Shown here: positions 1 to 12,519 of the stretch, in pieces
How positions within the stretch are numbered: the first letter of the stretch is position 1
Layout of the letters: the number at the start of each line of letters is the position of its first letter
Assembly: GCA_030264375.1 (NCBI GenBank)
Contig: JASCQW010000027.1
Span: forward strand, 101,406,320-101,470,319
Source: Carcharhinus longimanus
Lineage: Eukaryota
Direction: 5' to 3'
DNA: 64,000 bases
Program-made: the position numbers and the translations under genes
The notes under the pieces: model-generated
The model's database searches: none
Seen by the model: only the letters and a program-made list of their open reading frames with translations
Told to the model about the DNA's origin: nothing

Positions 1-19
1 CCAGTTCTTCCCACCATCA

Positions 20-175
20 GGATTGCCGACCACTCATCTCTGCCCCTGCTTCACCCCATCTGCTGCTAAAATTCTCAGACAGGCCTTTTCTACCTCCAAA
101 CTCAACTACTCAAACGCCTTTGAGCTGGCCCACCATCTGCCATAAACCACAAACTTTGATTCATCCAAAACCTTG
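20..175 (+). mobile_element. Decayed L2-type LINE fragment
   Basis: ctgctaaaattctc...gccttttctacctccaaactcaactactcaaac resembles the L2 ORF2 C-terminal region (AETLIHAFVTSRLDYSN-like). Confidence 0.45.
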
Positions 176-3100
176 ACATGTGCCAAGTTCTCTAAATGGG
201 CATATTCCCACCTTGCTTGCTTGCAGCAGGTTGAGACCCCTCTTGCCGCTGGGTGAACGTCACTTGGCAGGGCAAGAAGGCCATCCACAAACACTCCTGC
301 CACATACTTAATTGGGAGGAAATGAGAAAGCTGTGGGGTGCCCACTGCCATCCTCCTGCCCCACCAAATGCTTTCCTGCCTCTAAATCTGCCATTAGAGA
401 AAGCATTGAATTCCGCCTGAAGTGTTTGTCCCTTTTAAGGTGAGAAAGCAGAATAGCTTCTCATTCTTGCAGTGAGCGGTGGTTTACCTTTGCAGGTCAA
501 ATGATAGATTAAAAACAGAGATTGTTTAACTAACAGATTACTTAAAAAATGGGACATAATGGGCTGGAGGGGTGCGAACCAAGAGGAGCACCTAAGTGGT
601 TAAAACTAATAAAACATCTCTGTATCTTGAAGCGCTGAAAAAAATAAAATTCTTTCTCAAGAACCTATCAGCAATTTTCGATTTGCTTTTACCAATGGTG
701 GGCACCATTGCTGGTGATTTTATCTCTGGCTGAAGTGTCTGCATTGTATAAAATTTGTAATTCTTCAGATAAAGTCTCTTGATAACTAGGCTATTGATGA
801 TGACTTCACTCAATCCACTAGTAATCGATGGCCTTTCTTTGGGGATGAAGAATCATGCCTGCATTAGGGAGGTTTTAATATTAAGCACTCCCTCACGCCC
901 TCACAGAATGGATCTGCCTTTTGGATCCTGAGACGGCAAAGGAAACAGAAGTTTTTAAAATTCCAAAGTTACAAAGTCAATGCTCAAAGAGGATCGGGCA
1001 AACCCAAATCTATTCCTTCCTTGCTCCAACAGCCAAATTCAAAATCCAATCCATGCTCCCCTCAAGAGATAAACTAGTTCTAAGCTGACAAAATAAGGCA
1101 TTACACCCCAGCTTCAGCTTGATTGGAGCTGAATGCGCAAAGAGTTATTGGTATGCTCCCTTCCTGCAGGATTCAGTGACAACAGGGAGAGTGGTCCATT
1201 TGAACTTTGTAGTTGCTGCCCAGTTCCTCGCACCGCATTGAGGTGAAGGTAGGATTTAAGAGATGCATTACTGGAAGAGGTGGCGATTGTAACATTCCAA
1301 ATGTCCACCATTAATAACTGTTATTCATGTTCATTTATGAAGCGCTCAGTTTCATGCCTTTGTTTATAGTTTATCATTTTGCATGTAGTTATGCAAATCA
1401 AACTAGAGGAAGAATACAAGCTCTGAGAATCACTTACTGAGGTAAAATATGGTGATTGATGTGAATGATAAAGTAAACAATGATGCAGATAAGTAGCAAC
1501 AGTTTTTTTTTGTCTCCAATGTGCTTTTTGTTATGTTCTTGATAATCTCAGTCTCCTTTGCAGTCTTCACCTGCTGTCTCCCTGCTACAGCAAATTATTG
1601 CTTATAAATGCAGTAAAGCAAAAATTTTTTTTTTTCTTATAAATTACCTTACAGTTACTGCACACTTTACGCCTAGGAGGAGTGTGAGTAAATAAGTCAT
1701 TTTTTTCCTTATGGATTTAACACNNNNNNNNNNNNNNNNNNNNNNNNNNNNNNNNNNNNNNNNNNNNNNNNNNNNNNNNNNNNNNNNNNNNNNNNNNNNN
1801 NNNNNNNNNNNNNNNNNNNNNNNTCTGAATAAATCACTTAGAGTTTTACTGAGTCAATCACCAAGTGGCAGCTGCATTTTTCAAAGGTCACCAAGGTGGG
1901 AAGGGATTTGTCTGCAGGTAATTACCCCATCCACACTAATTTTGCTGAAAAAATTGGCAGCTCCTGACACCTGGCAGTTTCATTTCACATTACATATTTA
2001 AGCGATCAAACAAAAGAAAATAACTCCGAATGCAACTCACTGCAATCTTGTCTGGATCCAAATAATTCATTCTTGATAATAGTTCCTCGACTCTTGTTTT
2101 TGGGTTTGTGCCTTCATGACAAGCCTGCCTAATTGATACTGTCTCTCTCGGCACGGATTAAAGCTAAGATGTGAAAAGGTGAAATATCTAAGTCAATTAT
2201 TTCCTGTGGAGAGAAATGCCCATGCCAGCTTAGATATAGATTCTTTAATGAGATTTTGGCTTTATTTAATTCTGGCACCAAAAGGTCTTGTGGGATGCAC
2301 TGCTAATCCAGTCAATCTGTATCTCTGGTGCTTGTTGGAATGTTTCTGTTTTTCACATATAAAATAAACGACACAAGCACCCAGATGGGTAAACTGAGCT
2401 AGATTTTCCAATTACATCCATTGCCTAAATCAGGCAACCCTGGCTGTGAAGTGGAGAGGTCTGTTATGAATGCTGTAACTTCCATCATTGTTTCTGGCCA
2501 TTCAGCTGCAGGAAGATCACTGCAAATGAGGCATTGTGTATTTCAGTTTTAATAAATTTCCACATATTTGTGTGATTATTTCTTCTATCCCATGTAATTT
2601 CAATGTCTGGAGTTCATGGGCAATCTGAAAAAAGCATTTGGTAGGTAAATTCTCCCGTGTAAAGCAAGGGCAAGTGAAGTGAGGTGCGTGCAGATTGCAC
2701 ACAACATTAACTGTGAGAGCTGTGCTCTGCANNNNNNNNNNNNNNNNNNNNNNNNNNNNNNNNNNNNNNNNNNNNNNNNNNNNNNNNNNNNNNNNNNNNN
2801 NNNNNNNNNNNNNNNNNNNNNNNNNNNNNNNNNNNNNNNNNNNNNNNNNNNNNNNNNNNNNNNNNNNNNNNNNNNNNNNNNNNNNNNNNNNNNNNNNNNN
2901 NNNNNNNNNNNNNNNNNNNNNNNNNNNNNNNNNNNNNNNNNNNNNNNNNNNNNNNNNNNNNNNNNNNNNNNNNNNNNNNNNNNNNNNNNNNNNNNNNNNN
3001 NATTTGGCGTAGATTCAATCTATTTAATCTTAATGATGTGATCATGGTTAGAGAACAAGCCTGATTTCAATCTTGCAGCCCACTATGATGGACAATGGAC

Positions 3101-3780
3101 ATTCACGCGGCCTAGATTACTCATCACTGCTCTAGTCCGTCTGAATTTATGAAGTCTTTTGAGCGCAGTTTGTTTTCAACCATCAGCACCACTTCTGATT
3201 CTTTCTATCTTGCAGCACACGTGATGCTTTCATTTCAAGACAGTCCCCTGATCTTCTGCTCTTGCACCCAGAAAGACAAGCATTGGTGTAACTCTTGGGA
3301 GAGCAAAGCTGTCTCCTTCAGGTCATGACAGATAGTCCATAAAACAAACTGAGCATGAGGACCAGTCATTTACCAGAATAACCAATACAAACACCACTAC
3401 CAAGATGAAACCATGTTTGATTTATTTTCTTCAATTTGGGAACACTTTGCATTATGGTCCAAAGCTGTATTCTGCAACCTGGTCCAACAGATAACAACAT
3501 CCTCTACTCCCCGTGAGCTTTTATTCACTCATGCCAGCTATCCTGGGGGATCTCTCCCTGCAATGCCGTTCTAAGTGGATGACCAATGACAACTTGTAAT
3601 TTGCTGACAGGCCAGATGTGCTGGGAGATTTCACAGTCCTTCCTCGAGTACAACTATAAAAGCAAACGAGAAATACAATGATATCCTGCTGAGCAGTGTT
3701 TATCTCTCAGAAAAAGAAGCAATGTGAATGTTTCAGGCTGTGGTTGCTGCAAGTTCATGCAGGGTTCAACACGGTGACTA

Positions 3781-4155
3781 AGAACATAACATAAGAACTA
3801 GGAGCAGGAGTAGGCCTTCTGGCCCCTCAAGCTGCTTTGCCATTCAGTAAGATCATGGCTAATCTTTTTGTGGACTCAGCTCCATTTACCTGCCTGCTCA
3901 CCATAACCCTTAATTCCTTTACTGTTCAAAACTCTATCTATCCTTTAAAAACATTCAATGAGGTAGCCTCAACTGTTTCACTGGGCAGGGAATTCCACAG
4001 ATTCACAACCCTTTGCGTGAAGAAATTCCTCCTCAACTCAGTACTAAATTTGCTGCTCCTTATTTTGAGGCTGTGCCCTGTAGTCCTTGTTTCACCCACC
4101 TGTGGAAATAACCTCCCTGCTCCTATCTTATCTATTCCCTTCACAATTTTATATG
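3781..4155 (-). mobile_element. CR1 LINE 3' end
   Basis: Minus ORF KGIDKIGAGRLFPQVGETRTTGHSLKIR...RRNFFTQRVVNLWNSLP is the CR1 ORF2 C-terminus; simple-repeat tail at 3781-3800. Confidence 0.9.
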
Positions 4156-4165
4156 CTAATGTACA

Positions 4166-4545
4166 TTGACTCCCATATTACCACCGCCTTGAATATAATA
4201 TTTTCAAGTCCAGATCTCTCTATAGCCTCACCACTCACCATCTTTCTAACACACATCAGCCCTCTGAGATCTCAGCAGTCCTCCAAACCTGGCCTCTGGT
4301 GAATTTGTAACTTTCTTTGCTGCATCATTGTTGGCTGTGCCATCAGCCATCTAAACTTCAAGCTCTGGCATTCCACTCTGAAATCTCTTACCCCTCAGAT
4401 ATTTCTTAAAATTTCCTGCTTTCAACAAGTTTTTGGTCATCTCTCCTTTACTTGTTGTCAAAGGTTAGCTGATTAAGCTTCAGTGTGACACCTTGGGATG
4501 TTTCACTACTTTGAAAGTATTGTTTGAATGTGAGTTGCTATTGTT
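4166..4545 (+). mobile_element. Decayed L2 LINE 3' end
   Basis: ccctctgagatctc...aagctctggcattcc...ccttgggatgtttcactac...tgagttgctattgtt resembles an L2 3' UTR and tail; similar copy at 60100-60720. Confidence 0.6.
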
Positions 4546-4699
4546 AAATCAATACTTATATCACCCATAATTTTTTTCTCTAATTTCCACATTATTTAAG
4601 GTGATCCTAAAACTAAGCTATTGATAACAAGTCCCACACTAAATCCTGCTCACCCATCTCCTGCTTTCGTTGCCCTAATTTGGCTCCAGTCTCTAATGA

Positions 4700-4880
4700 C
4701 AAGAATGTATTTATGTGGTTCATTTAACATAGCTAAATGTTGCAAGATGTTTCACAGGAGCGCTATCAAACAAAATGTGATACGAGCCACATAAAGAATA
4801 ACTCCCATTTATTTAGTGCATTCAATGTAGGGACACTTAACATGAGCATCATCAATAAAATCACTGAGCCACAGAAGTTG
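4700..4880 (-). mobile_element. L2-type 3' tail fragments
   Basis: Reverse complement of the same L2-like tail (tttcacaggagcgctatcaaacaaaatgtga...gagccacataa), apparently twice. Confidence 0.45.
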
Positions 4881-5004
4881 ATAAGAAGAAAAGCAAATGA
4901 TTGAGATAACAGCGCAGTTAATACATGGCTTCCACCTTCCCCATTCCAGCACTCTCTATGGCTTCCTAAAATTTGCAGTGTTCTCTATTTACCCACGTGG
5001 GACG

Positions 5005-5525
5005 TTGGCCCAATTGATCAAGATCCCGTTGCAGTCCTAGCTAACCTAGATCATCTTCAATTTTGGAGTCATCTGCAAGCTTACTAACCATGCCTCCGAA
5101 ATTCTCATTCAAATTATTAATATAAATGACAAATAACAGTGGACCCAGCGCTGATCTCTGAGGCACGTAGCTGGTCACAGGCCTCCGATTTGAAAAACTG
5201 CAACCACCCATCTTCTGTCATCAAATCAATTTTGTATCCATTTGGCAACCCACCCTGGATCCCCTCAGATTTAACCTTATGCAACAACCTAACACGTGGT
5301 ACCTTGTCAAAGGCTTTGATAAAGTCCATGTTGATAACATCAACTGCACTGCTCTCATCTACCTTCTTGGCTACCCCTTCAAAAACTCAATTCAATTTGT
5401 GAGACATGATTTTTCATTCTCAAAGCCATGCTGACTGTCTCTAATCATTCCTTGCATCTCTAAATGCCTGTAAATCCTGTCTCTCAAAATACCTTCCAAC
5501 AATTTACCCACCACAGATGTGAGGC
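5005..5525 (-). mobile_element. CR1 LINE reverse-transcriptase fragment, frameshifted, cut by gap
   Basis: Minus peptides LTSVVGKLLEGILRDRIYRHLE...SQHGF...KSCLTN and MDFIKAFDKVP...LLHKVKSEGIQG. Confidence 0.9.
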
Positions 5526-5625
5526 NNNNNNNNNNNNNNNNNNNNNNNNNNNNNNNNNNNNNNNNNNNNNNNNNNNNNNNNNNNNNNNNNNNNNNNNNNN
5601 NNNNNNNNNNNNNNNNNNNNNNNNN

Positions 5626-6338
5626 ATCCTCCTTATTCATCCCCCACACATCACTGTCCCCCTTATCCACCCCCCCACTACCCACACACATCACTGTCCC
5701 CCTTATCCAGCCCCCTGCTAACTCAGACCGATTGCCACTCCTGCCCCCCTCGCCCCCACCAATCGCCCACAGAGTGGCAGCAGAACCCCTTGCCCCCCCT
5801 GCGCTCCCACCAGAGATCCATCTGATCTCCCCCGCCAGTGAGCAATCGGGCCGACTACCCCAACAGAGATACATCTGACTTGTCTCCTCGTCCTCCCCCT
5901 CCCAACCAGACAACGATCTGGCCTCACTTCCCACTCCCCAGAGAAATGACCTGACCCACCTCCCTCCTCCCTCCCACCACCAATCTGAGTCAGAGGGCCA
6001 TTGGAAGCATTGAACTCGCCTCTTCAGCAGCTGGAGCACCCAGTTCAGACTTTTATTCAGCAGGTCCATTTCGCCGTGATTCCGAGTTGGCGAATGTATG
6101 GTAGAGGGGGAAATGCTGATAACTGGGCGGGCAGTTCATTAATTCAATTTAAATGCATGCAAATGTATTTAAATGACCTATGCCCCCCCGTTTCGGGCAC
6201 AAATTGGATCGTGGCCATTCCCGAGTCTCGGTAAAGTGATTATCTGCGCAGGCACGCATCGCGTTAATGGCTTCACACCTGACTTTACCACGATTTCGCG
6301 CCTGAAAACGGGCACGACACAGTGGTAAAATAGGGCCT
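5626..6338. mobile_element. GC/C-rich non-autonomous TIR DNA element (PIF/Harbinger-like), right part
   Basis: C-rich internal tandem units (cccacacatcactgtcccc-ttatcc), CpG-rich end, and terminus GGTAAAATAGGGCC (6324-6337) whose reverse complement matches 29728-29741 at 13/14. Confidence 0.55.
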
Positions 6339-7583
6339 GATGTCTACTCAGAAGCATGGGTTTCTGCCATGGGTTTTCATGTGTCCTGAACCACACTCCT
6401 TTGCGCACATGGATCAGGATGTCCCTGGTGAGATCCGAAGTGCAAGTTTTGCCTCTTTCCTTTCCACCATTCTGGCTCCAAATGAAGAAATAGTGACTCA
6501 AAGCATAATGAAACTTAACAGATAAGATGCCACCATTTTGAATGATTGGCAGCAAACACCACACCCCCACCCCCCCCCCCCCGACTAATTCATATCAATG
6601 TTTCTGCACACCAAAAAGAGAGCTTTTGGTGTCCTCAAAGCCTTTTCCTTGCCCTCACCTCTAACTTGGGCCACTTGCGAATTGGAAAAGCAGGACCTGA
6701 CAGACAGACATTTTTTCTGGTCGTCCAGACGCACTGCCAAGTCCGTTTTGATTGATTTTTCAGAAGTTTTGTTTGAACGTATTTGCAGCTGGATTCAGGA
6801 AGGACACTGACATTTGTTCAACAGTCCTCCCTTTGAATTTTTGAGGATGAGGGAGAGGCATTGAGGAATTTCTCTCGTGCTGCTGTGTGTTGCTGGCACT
6901 TGGTCCAGGTCTCAGTGCAGGAGAATAGTGACAAAATAACCTGTACACTTTTGCTGACTTGTGGAGACCTTTCTTGTCAAACAGTCACTGCTGTAGTTTG
7001 TAGAATGCTGTCCTGGAACTGAGTGTCCCCAAACAGCACTTGAGCAATTCCTTGCAAATAAAAACCAAACTAAAACTGGTGCATCTAAGAGCGGATATTG
7101 GCACAGAGGAAGCGATCAAACACATAGAAAGTCGTGGGATGTAAAATGAACAACACTTTACAACTCCTTAGTTGACAGTAAACCAAATGGAGATAGCACT
7201 CTCTCAGATGTTTTATTCACAAAATGAATAAAGGATTTACACATCAGTGTTCAGAACCATCACAAAGATTAAAGTGCGTGGCTGAAAGTGAGGTCCTTCT
7301 CATTAATTTTTTGCAGTACATTTCTTTATATTTTGTATTGTCCCCTGTATGGATGCAATTTTGTCACATCACGCACCCAGCAAAATTGTTTTATTGCTGA
7401 AAATGAGCATTTTTGAAAGCAGAATTCATTGGGTATTTGTGTTGACACATTCCACACATTTTGACTTACTCCATCTGTTTACACATTATTCACATTAATG
7501 TGTACAATATGTTACATTTGTGATGTGAAGTCTGGTTCTCTTCAAATATGATACACAAATAATCCCCCAACAAATGTTACTTC

Positions 7584-8263
7584 GGGGGTGATCTTACTGG
7601 CTCATCCTGCCAGTCAATTGGTCTGGCAAGCCACTATGTTTGGGCAGAGGTGAAAAATCAGGATTACGCCCAGTTTCTCACCTCTTACTGGTTCTGTTTT
7701 ATCGGCGAAATCGGCTTTGCGCTCTATTTCATTCGTGAGTCCTGGATGCTATTGCCCGGGCTCACTTGCCCTTACCTGCTTGCTGGTTGAGGTACTCACC
7801 GGCCAGGGTCACAGATGGCCTCCACCAACCATCAGACGTGATGGCCTTGCCAGTGGGAATAGCAGCCTTTGACACTGCCAGCCTGGCACCCTTGAACTGC
7901 CCACACACGGGATCAGGTCTGAGGGAGCAAGGCCTTGGGGATGGAGATATGAGAAGGGAAAATGGGGGGGGGGGGAACTCAGCAGAGGGGGGTGGCTGAT
8001 GGGCCAGGCAGTGATCAAGGGTTGGGGTTGTTCAGCAGAACAGGGATTGCAGCAGCGACGATTGGCAGATGTGGGTGGGCAATGTCCATGGTTGGGGGAT
8101 GTGAATGGGAAACAAGTACAGGAAGAAGCGATCGGTGGCAGGTCCTGATGTCCGTGGGGGTGGTGACAGGACACTGCCGTGCAATGGGGCCCCAAGAGCT
8201 CAGCAGCCAGCCTCACCAATGGGATAAGGCTCCATCCCTTCCCCTCTGGTGAGAATCACACCC
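7584..8263. mobile_element. G-rich non-autonomous DNA element with imperfect TIRs
   Basis: Left end GGGGGTGATCTTAC, right end GAGAATCACACCC (reverse complement GGGTGTGATTCTC); GC-rich block in AT-rich intron. Confidence 0.45.
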
Positions 8264-8589
8264 AGGCATGTTTTTGACTTGCTTTTTTAGCTTGCCCAAA
8301 ATACGGAGTCTGAATCTCTCCCATTTCTCGCTCGTTCTGCACTGTACTGATCTTGCAACACTGTGGAATTTAGTTGTTCCAGATAATTTGCTGCAAATGT
8401 TATCACTCTTCCCTACCCTGTATTAAAAAACTACTTTGTTGTCACTATGTTACCAACTATTAGTGTTGAATTACCACAGGCTGCAATTATCATGATTAGG
8501 GAAGTTCTTCTCAACCTGCAGATGTTAAGTTGTGCATCCGGGTAATTAAAGCTAGCCTTAGTTCTGTCAAATATTATTCTTGTAGCACT

Positions 8590-8850
8590 GCCTAGCCTAT
8601 TGAACTGTACAAACCAGCAAGGTTCTGTGCCCAGTCAATCTCTGCTCTGTTACATCAGTGTGGCAGCAATAGGGACACCAGTAGAACTAAAAAATAAAAT
8701 TAGCTAACTTTTCTGCTGCTGAGCAATATCCAGGGAGCCCCTAGTGAAAATTGTACATGCCTGAACAGTTGGTGCCTATGGCCTGTAATGAGCTGTGATG
8801 CTGTCTTCATGTCGGGATAGCATCCAAGCCACACACATGAAAAATGGCTA
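8590..8850 (+). mobile_element. LF-SINE-like ancient SINE, decayed
   Basis: tacaaaccagcaagg...ctgctgctgagcaatatccagggagcccctagtgaaaa...gctgtgatgc...cacacatgaaaaatggc follows the block order of the LF-SINE consensus as I recall it. Confidence 0.55.
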
Positions 8851-8888
8851 GCTGAAAGATCCTTGATTGTTCATCAAGTTTATTCAGT

Positions 8889-9037
8889 GGCCAGGATTTT
8901 CTTCTGCTTATCTACCCCTCCGCCCCCACCCAGCTCGCTGCATTGCCTTGACCAGAAACGGAAGATTCCATTGCAGCCCGGTGGGTCATCTCTGCTGCCG
9001 GAAAACCCACCGTGGGTTGGGTTGGAAAGTTCTGTAC
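8889..9037. mobile_element. Short MITE with GGCCAGGATTTTC-type ends
   Basis: Left end ggccaggattttc, right end ggaaagttctgtac (degenerate inverted repeat); same left end as 45647. Confidence 0.5.
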
Positions 9038-9094
9038 GGGCCAGTTGGGCTTAGGTTGCTATTCCACGCTTAGATGCAAAGGTTGCACTAAAAT

Positions 9095-9300
9095 TAACCT
9101 CAATGCCTTTGGGTTAGGCACTGCACAGAGTTCCTGTTCCTAATATTTCAGTGGTCATCAGGCATAAGTGTGCATGTGTGGACATTGAGTAATAATATCA
9201 TAGCTCAGCAATGATGTATCTTGCAGTCAGTTCTCTGACTGAGAAACTTTTGGTTCTCAGGTTTATGTAGTAGTAGCGGCCACATGAGCAAAGTATCAGA
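9095..9300 (+). mobile_element. LF-SINE-like fragment
   Basis: cctcaatgcctttgggttagg...gttcctgttcctaat...aagtgtgcatgtgtggacattgagt...gcggccacatgagcaaagtatcaga resembles the LF-SINE 3' half. Confidence 0.5.
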
Positions 9301-10960
9301 TGATGTCAGGTCCATTTATATATCAGCAAGGCATCCATGGTTCTGGGACAGAAGGAAGAAAACTGCCAGAATAAACAAAAATATTGACTGCACATGCAAT
9401 GTGCTAATGGAACTGTACCCCAATGTGAATCAAGTCACAAATATTTTCCAAGGAGCCTTTGTTTCAAGCTGACAGTGAAATTGGAAAAGGGGATATGCAT
9501 GAGCCTTCTTCCTGAACTGCTACAGTCCATGTGGAGATTGACCATTATTGCAAGGAAATACAGGAATAAAGAAGTCTTGCTGCAGGGCATTGGTGAGGCC
9601 ACATATTGGAATACTTGTGCAGTTTCAGTCTCCATAAGGAAGATTGTACTTGCATTGGAGTCAATACAGCAAAGGTTTTATAGTTGGTCCCTGGATATAG
9701 CCATAAGCATCTCAAAACTAAATTAGTAATTCAAGTGAATGAATCTATTTTTTCACATTTCAGGAGATCTACCTTTCTCCCCATGGTGTTAGAGATCAAT
9801 GTCCTCATTGGATCACTTACTTTATTATAAAACCCTAATTTCTGCTGTGCTCACTGTCACAGAAGAACAAGCTAAATTGGCCGAGAGGCAGAGATAAGGC
9901 AGAGGTCAAAATAGTTTGAAACAATAGCCCTGTATTAAATACTAACATAGGACAGTAATTACTACTAGTCTCATCAAAAGACATTCTAAATATTTTCCAA
10001 TCCCTCTGATCCTACAATCATCTTTGCACAATCATATATAATACCATTGAGAAGATCTTTTTTAGTGATTGTTTTAAATATTGTTGTCATGCAAGATTAG
10101 GACTGCTGCGTTATCTTTCAGTACAATGGCTCATGCTGTCCTTTAATCTGATAAGACAGGAAGCAGGGATGCTTGATATAAAGAGACATATGTTAAAGCA
10201 ATGTTTTCTTTTGGAGCCTGAGGGGGATCTTTCGGCTGCATGCTTTCCCCAGCTGGTTACTGACCATGCAGCTTCAGAATTGCCCAACTGAATGTAGCAG
10301 AGAGAATGTCAGTCCCCACTTTCCTGTGGGCCAAAGGATTTTGATGCTCTGTTAAAATTTTGCATTTTGATCTATCGTATAGGCCAAGAGCTGACGATAC
10401 TGATTGTGACTGACTGATCAAAGATTGAAGCTCATGCTGATGGCGCTACTCTTGAATAGAAAAATGTTCAATGCAAATTAATTGCTGAAATTCAAAGGAG
10501 GGAAATTCATATAAATATTAATTTTGACCTGTAGTTCCAAAAAAAACTGGGAAAAAATGGATGCCACCTTAATTTTACCTTTTTGAACAGTGAGTAGATA
10601 GGTCCCATCCAGCTTTTGGGTGAACAACTCGATTATTGAATGAAAGTTTCCAAGAATTTCCATAATTTAACACTGATAATATGTTGGAAGCATTGACTCG
10701 CAAACTCTTCAACAAATTTCATTGAGCAGCAAGGAAACATTTGAAACCTGAGTCAAGTTTAACTGCCCTAGCCTAAGAACTCTGGGTTCTTATTCTGACG
10801 TTTAATTTTTGCATGTGGAAGTAGTTCCAGACTGAGGGGAGGGAATGTAATTCGACCTTTGCCTTGTTAGCCACCTCCCCAAGCATAATTCAAATATTCA
10901 TTCCAGCATTGGCTTCACCTCTTGAAACCCATGTGATTGCCTCTCGACTGCCTTAAGGTT

Positions 10961-11060
10961 CTATGTCGAAGGGTTATCCAGACTCGAAATGTTGGCTCTG
11001 TTCTCTCTCCACAGATTCTGTCAGACCTGCTGAGATTTTCCAGCATTTTCTGTCTTTGTT
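10961..11060 (+). mobile_element. Penelope-type terminal-repeat fragment (single arm)
   Basis: tgtcgaagggttatccagactcgaaatgttggctctgttctctctccacagattctgtcagacctgctgagattttccagcattttc is the same family as the arms at 50124-50295. Confidence 0.6.
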
Positions 11061-11519
11061 ATTTAAGCTTCTTTCCTTGGCTTCTTTTTCCTGAGTTGCA
11101 CACTGCCCTCTGTTGCATGATCCAGCGGCATCCAGGTAGGTTTCCATTTGTACACTGATGATACCCATTTCTAGCTCTCAGCCAGCGCCCTCAAAACTTT
11201 AGGCACTTCTGTCAATCTGCTGAACTGTCATCCACTAGTGAGGAAGCCAGAGTTTTCTCCCACGTCTGTCTAAGTTTTGCATGTTTATTGATGTCTTTTC
11301 TTTTACTTCACAGGTGGTTCAGTCCGCCTTGTTGTCCNNNNNNNNNNNNNNNNNNNNNNNNNNNNNNNNNNNNNNNNNNNNNNNNNNNNNNNNNNNNNNN
11401 NNNNNNNNNNNNNNNNNNNNNNNNNNNNNNNNNNNNNGCTCTTAGGCTGAATGGTGTAACAAATAGTCCCTAAATTAGTCTTCCCTCAATCGTCCCCAAT
11501 AGGCAGAGACAAAGGTCAT

Positions 11520-11613
11520 ACGTAGAGGAGGGCACTCATAATGTCAAAATGGTGGCACGGGCTTGTTGGGCCGAAGGGCCTGTTTCCCGTGCTGTGTTGT
11601 TCTTTGTTCTTTG
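11520..11613 (+). mobile_element. CR1-type 3' tail (SINE or truncated LINE)
   Basis: gggcttgttgggccgaagggcctgtttcccgtgctgtgttgttctttgttctttg; near-identical copy at about 31410-31472. Confidence 0.7.
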
Positions 11614-12519
11614 ACAATGGGCAAGCCAAAGCTCTGATTTTCAGCTTCTACTGAAGATTCCCTGTTATTCTCCCCCCTGACTCTGTGCTTGTTGCCAGCT
11701 TTACAGTCAGCTTGAATAAGACAGTTTACCAAAGCAAAATACTCTGGCCTCTAGAAATAAAAGCCAAAGAAAACAGAGCTGTAAATGCTCAGCAGGAAGG
11801 GTCATATCTTTGCAGAGGAAAACAAGATTTAATGCGCTTGCTCAGAGATGGACGTGTCTGCTGGCCCTTTCCTTTTTCTGGCCTGTTTACATTTAGGCTG
11901 CTTTGATGGAGTGGCAGTTCCCCTCCGGCCAGGGGCAGACAGCCATTTAAGATGAATTGAAATTCCTCATGCGGGCACACATCACACAGCATGTGGAATT
12001 TTCCGGATAGTAGCTGTCTCTGCTGGCAGTTTCCTGCTCCCGTACCCATTAGTCAACATCAGCCAGAGAGAGCTATCTTTTCAGCTGGCCTTGGTGAGGT
12101 GCATTGTGGTCACTGCAACACAGTTTGTTGCTTTGGCATTCTGTCTTCCTCCATGATCACCCAGAAGAAAAAAAATCAGTAAAACAAAGAAACAAGAATA
12201 CTAGTCTGAGCTGGTCGTGTATGCTTTAAAATGGAACATCAGTATGATGGGGAAATAACACTGATCCGCACTGTTTTTTTTTCCTTATGGGCAGTGCAGT
12301 TGGTGTTCGAAGAGAATGTATTCAATGCTGAGCAGATAGGCTCTGTTGAGGACTTCATTGCTGCTGGAGAAATTCCATTGATGCTGTCTTGCAGTCACAT
12401 TTGTTTTCTGTTTTGAGCTCAAGCAAGGGGCTAGTGATGACAGTCACTCTGTACATTTGGTTTTGCTGGGGTTATGTAATGAATGATTTCATATAGTACA
12501 CTTCAGGATGCAACCAAAG

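Noticed and set aside
1170-1248. Cryptic exon-like segment (cttcctgcAG ... aagGTAGG)
   Set aside because: 79 bp, frame-breaking and with no CUB or Sushi similarity; such site pairs are common by chance.
5626-5720. Short direct repeats here and at 54100-54155 considered as a CRISPR-like array
   Set aside because: Only two or three degenerate units without unique spacers, in a vertebrate intron; ordinary tandem duplications.
5392-6069. 225-aa minus ORF ending in a CR1 RT peptide
   Set aside because: Artificial fusion across an N gap of a G-rich element and a CR1 fragment.
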